From Bacteroidia bacterium (GTDB lineage: Bacteria; Bacteroidota; Bacteroidia; JACCXN01), in contig JBKBHS010000004.1 in assembly GCA_046299555.1 (NCBI GenBank), positions 52,056 through 116,055 on the forward strand: 64,000 nucleotides of DNA. Direction: 5' to 3'. Below are positions 60,068 through 64,000 of the stretch, in pieces. The notes under the pieces are model-generated. The model did no database searches, had not been told where the DNA came from, and saw nothing but the letters and a program-made list of their open reading frames with translations. The first letter of the stretch is position 1. The number at the start of each line of letters is the position of its first letter. The position numbers and the translations under genes are program-made.

Positions 60068-62992
60068 ATGCAAGGATTTATGAAATCAATTCAAAAGGTT
60101 TTGGTTTTTGTAATTTCATTCATGTTCATTAGCATAAAAACATTACATGCTATAGAATTTTCTAATGCTCAGCAAGCCTTATCTAAATTAGATAAAAATT
60201 ACTTCATCGAAAACAAGGGCCAATGGCACAGCGATGTGTTGTATCTGGCAAGATTAGGCGGTTTGGATGCGTGGATTACCAAGTACGGTGTAAATTATAC
60301 CTTTTACAAATTAGAAGAAATCCCTAACGAATCCATAGCAAAAAAAGGACGATTTCCGGATAAAATTAGGCATAAGGATTATAATGTAATAGGGCATAGA
60401 GTATTGATGAAATTGCAAAACTATAATTCTAATTCTGTTAGTGAGGGGAAACAAAAGCAAGAAGGCTATTATAATTATTTCATAGGTAATGATGATAGTA
60501 AACATGCTTCATTTGTACGACTTTACAATGAAGTATTAATTAAGAACATATATAACGGTATTGATATACGTTATTATTTTGATAAAGGATTTTTGCGCTT
60601 TGATTATATAGTGCATCCTGGAGCAGAGCCAAATCAAATTGTGTTTAGTTTAAAAGGAAGTGAAAAGACATATGTAAATGAAAAAGGTAATTTAGTTTTT
60701 AAAACTCGCTTTGGAGAAACAAGTTTAACAGAATTAAACGTATATCAACAAGATAAAAGAAATACAATATCTTCAAGTTTTAAGGCTAAATCAAAAGATT
60801 TATGGACTTTTCAAATTAATTCCTATGATCGAACAAAAGATTTAATAATTGATCCATTGATTTATTCTACGTATATTGGAGGAAGCAATTTAGATGAAGC
60901 TAATGGAATAGAAGTTGATGGTAATGGTAATGCATATATAACTGGGGATACGTATTCAACTGAATATGATATTTTACCAGGAGCATTTCAGTATACAATT
61001 GCAGGATGGGTTGATGTTTTTATTACAAAGTTAAATACTTTAGGAAATGCTTTAATATATTCTACTTATATTGGAGGAAATGGTGATGATATTGGATACG
61101 ATGTTAAGGTGGATGGGAATGGAAATACCTTTATAACAGGGATAACATCTTCAACTAATTATGATATTACTACAGGAGCGTATCAGACAACAAATGATGG
61201 AGGGGATTATGATGTTTTTGTTACAAAAATAAATTCTAATGGAAGCTCTTTATTGTATTCTACCTACTTAGGCGGAAGTGATTTAGATGTTGGCCTGAAT
61301 ATTGCAATAGATGCAACTGGTAGTGCTTATGTTACAGGTTATACATATTCAAATAATTTTGATATTACTGCCGGGGCTTTTCAAACATCCATGGCAGGCT
61401 TTTCAGATGCATTTGTAACTAAATTAAATTCTACAGGAAACGCATTGGTTTATTCTACATATATAGGTGGAAGTGATTATGAATTTAGTTATGGGTTGAT
61501 TATTGATAATACAGGAAATACTTATATTGTTGGCCAAACATTATCAACTGATTTTGATATTACCTTGGGGGCTTTTCAAACAATTTACGGAGGAAATTGT
61601 GATGTTTTTGTAACAAAATTAAATTCTAATGGAAACTCGCTTGAATATTCAACTTATATAGGAGGAAGCGATGAAGATTTTGGATATTCAATAGCTTTAG
61701 ATAATAATGGCAATACTTATATTACCGGCTATACTTGGTCAACAGATTTTGATATAACAACGGGTGCCTTTCAAAATTCTAATCAAGGAAGCTGCGATGC
61801 TTTTATAACCAAACTAAATTTTAATGGAAGCTCTTTAGAATATTCTACATACTTAGGCGGAGGAGATTGGGATTTTGGTAAAGCTATAACCATTGATGGG
61901 AATGGAAATATTTATATTACCGGTTGGACACAATCAATTAATTTTGATACTACCCCTGGAGCTTTTCAGACAATATATGGAGGAGGAACTTATGACGTAT
62001 TTGTTACAAAGTTTAATCCCTCTGGAAGTGGATTAATTTATTCTACTTATTTAGGAGGTAATGATATTGAATTTGTTTCAGATATTGATATAGATGCTAA
62101 TGGGAATGCATATTTAACTGGATATACATCCTCAACAAATTTTGATATAACATCAGGGGCATTTCAGACAAACTTTGAAGGATTTTATGATGTATTTGTT
62201 ACTAAAATTTGTTTTGAATCAATTGCATTAATTTCTGCTAATGCTACAACAAATCAATCTGTATGTATAAATGTAGCTATTTCAAATATTGTCTACATAA
62301 TAACAGGAGCTACAGGAGTTGTTATTACAGGATTGCCATCAGGAGTTTCAGGAAACTTTAATGGGAGTAATCTAACTATTAGTGGAACACCAAACCAAAC
62401 TGGAATTTTCAACTATACGGTTACTCTCACGGGGGGATGTGGTAGTGTAATAACTAATGGTACCATTACTGTTAATCCAAATATTTCTATTACACTAAGC
62501 TCCTCAGCAGGCACAGACAACCAAACTCTGTGTATCAATACTCCTATTACCAATATCACCTACAGCGCCTCCGGAGCAACAGGAGCAAGCGTATCCGGCT
62601 TACCAAGTGGTGTAAATAGTAATTTTTCAGGTGGAGTGGTAACTATTAGCGGTACACCTACGCTAATTGGAACATTCAACTACACGATTACACCAATGGG
62701 GGGATGTGGGAATGTTAGTGCAATTGGTAGCATTACAGTAAACGATTGTTTAGGTATAGATCAAATGGATAATCAAACTTCATGGAGTATATACCCCAAC
62801 CCTGCTAAACATCAATTTACGATAAAAACCGAAAACGGAGGACTATTTGAATTGTTGGATATACAGGGTAGAGTGTTACAAAGTTTTTCGGTAAACAACA
62901 ACCAAGAAACCATATCACTTAATTATTCTCCGGGCATGTATTTTATTCGCGAACAAAAAAGCGGTTTTGTGCAGAAAGTAATTATCGAGTAA
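60068..62992 (+). CDS. T9SS type A cargo: N-terminal FIENKGQW domain, SBBP repeats, two Ig-like modules, CTD
   Basis: FIENKGQW, IIDPLIYSTYIGG, seven YSTY(I/L)GG motifs, TISGTP x2, CTD similar to that of 58301. Confidence 0.87.
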   Translation: MQGFMKSIQKVLVFVISFMFISIKTLHAIEFSNAQQALSKLDKNYFIENKGQWHSDVLYLARLGGLDAWITKYGVNYTFYKLEEIPNESIAKKGRFPDKIRHKDYNVIGHRVLMKLQNYNSNSVSEGKQKQEGYYNYFIGNDDSKHASFVRLYNEVLIKNIYNGIDIRYYFDKGFLRFDYIVHPGAEPNQIVFSLKGSEKTYVNEKGNLVFKTRFGETSLTELNVYQQDKRNTISSSFKAKSKDLWTFQINSYDRTKDLIIDPLIYSTYIGGSNLDEANGIEVDGNGNAYITGDTYSTEYDILPGAFQYTIAGWVDVFITKLNTLGNALIYSTYIGGNGDDIGYDVKVDGNGNTFITGITSSTNYDITTGAYQTTNDGGDYDVFVTKINSNGSSLLYSTYLGGSDLDVGLNIAIDATGSAYVTGYTYSNNFDITAGAFQTSMAGFSDAFVTKLNSTGNALVYSTYIGGSDYEFSYGLIIDNTGNTYIVGQTLSTDFDITLGAFQTIYGGNCDVFVTKLNSNGNSLEYSTYIGGSDEDFGYSIALDNNGNTYITGYTWSTDFDITTGAFQNSNQGSCDAFITKLNFNGSSLEYSTYLGGGDWDFGKAITIDGNGNIYITGWTQSINFDTTPGAFQTIYGGGTYDVFVTKFNPSGSGLIYSTYLGGNDIEFVSDIDIDANGNAYLTGYTSSTNFDITSGAFQTNFEGFYDVFVTKICFESIALISANATTNQSVCINVAISNIVYIITGATGVVITGLPSGVSGNFNGSNLTISGTPNQTGIFNYTVTLTGGCGSVITNGTITVNPNISITLSSSAGTDNQTLCINTPITNITYSASGATGASVSGLPSGVNSNFSGGVVTISGTPTLIGTFNYTITPMGGCGNVSAIGSITVNDCLGIDQMDNQTSWSIYPNPAKHQFTIKTENGGLFELLDIQGRVLQSFSVNNNQETISLNYSPGMYFIREQKSGFVQKVIIE

Positions 62993-63005
62993 AATTTTTA
63001 AAAAC

Positions 63006-63041
63006 AAAAAACAAGGGGCGAATTTTCGCCCCATTGTTTTT
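63006..63041. terminator. Variant copy of the 59979 terminator
   Basis: AAAAAACAAGGGGCGAA-tt-TTCGCCCCATTGTTTTT. Confidence 0.8.
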
Positions 63042-63121
63042 AAGTAAATAATATACAGCATTTGCAGTATTGAAATTTATAATTGATAAAATCAATTTTG
63101 TGCATCTAAAACATAATTTAT

Positions 63122-64000
63122 ATGAAAACATTAAGAACTTTTTTAATTATTCTTACTGTATCAAGTTCCATATTGGTATCTTGTAAAAAGAAAAAAGAAA
63201 AACCCATTGAGGAATGTGTTTACGTAAAAATGATGCATAAAAATGTTTTTGATAATATAGAATGGGAGTCTGTAAATTTAGATCCATCGGATAAATCAAA
63301 TTATGACACTCCTCCAAAAAGCTTATCAGTTCCAACCGGAACATGGATTAGACTTGTTGCAGCTTGGAATTTTGATGATTATAAAGATGAAGAGGTTGAG
63401 GTTTCTAAAATTTTTATAAAAACTACTTCTAATGGTAGCGAAGTAGAGTGTGAGTTAGTAGATGAACTTAATTCTAACAACAAACAAAAATACTTTCCGG
63501 CTTATGCCAATGCTACTTATTACATTCGTTTTGAATTATCCAATGGCGAAAAACATACCGTTGGGCCATTTAACGTTAGTGTAAATGCTGATAATAAAAC
63601 ATTAAGTCATTTAGATTTTCCAAGTCCATATTCAACAGGAGCTTCATTATTATGCACTAATAATGATGCCGATAAAGTAGGGTTTTACTATATGTTTGGT
63701 CCGTATGCAACTTATGGATATGATGCTATTGGAACGGTATTTAAAGCAGATTTGAACAATTCTGCAAATGAGGCCTTTAATTCGGAATATTCACCACAAT
63801 TTGGTTTATTTGCCATAACCAGAGAAGGTTTAAGTAATAATCAAGTAAAATTAGTGGCAGCTGATAAAATGCAGTCAATTGGTTTATACCCTGAACTTAC
63901 TGCAAAATATGGATGTTCGCTTGGATTTAATTATGTTCGCTTTGAGCCTTGGGCAGCTAATTTAGATACACCCGCATATACATTACAAAATGCTTTTGAA
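63122..64000 (+). CDS. Predicted lipoprotein, truncated by the window end
   Basis: Hand translation: MKTLRTFLIILTVSSSILVSC-KKKKEKP..., open to 64000; not in the ORF track. Confidence 0.8.
   Translation, partial: MKTLRTFLIILTVSSSILVSCKKKKEKPIEECVYVKMMHKNVFDNIEWESVNLDPSDKSNYDTPPKSLSVPTGTWIRLVAAWNFDDYKDEEVEVSKIFIKTTSNGSEVECELVDELNSNNKQKYFPAYANATYYIRFELSNGEKHTVGPFNVSVNADNKTLSHLDFPSPYSTGASLLCTNNDADKVGFYYMFGPYATYGYDAIGTVFKADLNNSANEAFNSEYSPQFGLFAITREGLSNNQVKLVAADKMQSIGLYPELTAKYGCSLGFNYVRFEPWAANLDTPAYTLQNAFE

Noticed and set aside
46735-64000. Prophage, ICE or transposon call for the accessory block
   Set aside because: No integrase, transposase, relaxase, phage genes or flanking direct repeats in the window.

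Overview
AT-rich Bacteroidota (Flavobacteriales/Bacteroidia-like) chromosome, judged from TAnnTTTG promoters, T9SS C-terminal domains and Bacteroidota-type purM/glnA-III. About 0.3-46.7 kb is mostly housekeeping: glnA type III, PorE-like OmpA, purM, tatA, secDF, NhaC, a propeller histidine kinase, rplS, a CUB/PKD type-B T9SS protein, a second OmpA, AsmA, a DAACS symporter, a desaturase, ahpD-ahpC-dps/oxyR, a Glu/Leu/Phe/Val dehydrogenase, mscS, nhaD, exbB-exbD-tonB-folC, hpt-adk-obgE-prfA-pyrF. About 46.7-64 kb is an accessory block: a TPR histidine kinase/NarL pair plus a run of secreted, mostly T9SS, genes. Best candidate for an undescribed system: the tRNA-Val(UAC) locus at 41368-42242. An intact tRNA is followed by two 374-bp tandem units (6 differences). 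Each unit holds the tRNA 3' end, a terminator, an intact 83-aa GIY-YIG nuclease gene and a tRNA-Val-derived pseudo-tRNA carrying two CCGAY/RTCGG hairpins. No integrase is present. Second candidate: three copies of a GC-rich, multi-stem ~87-90 bp element between consecutive genes at 54267, 56280 and 58191. In the same block, unrelated secreted proteins share near-identical CTD plus 3' flank modules. No CRISPR array, rRNA, transposase or integrase was seen. The ORF track gives tatA on the wrong strand, and several track starts are extended upstream of the likely ATG; I corrected these from the sequence. All family calls are from motif recognition by eye, with no database search, so novelty is unconfirmed.
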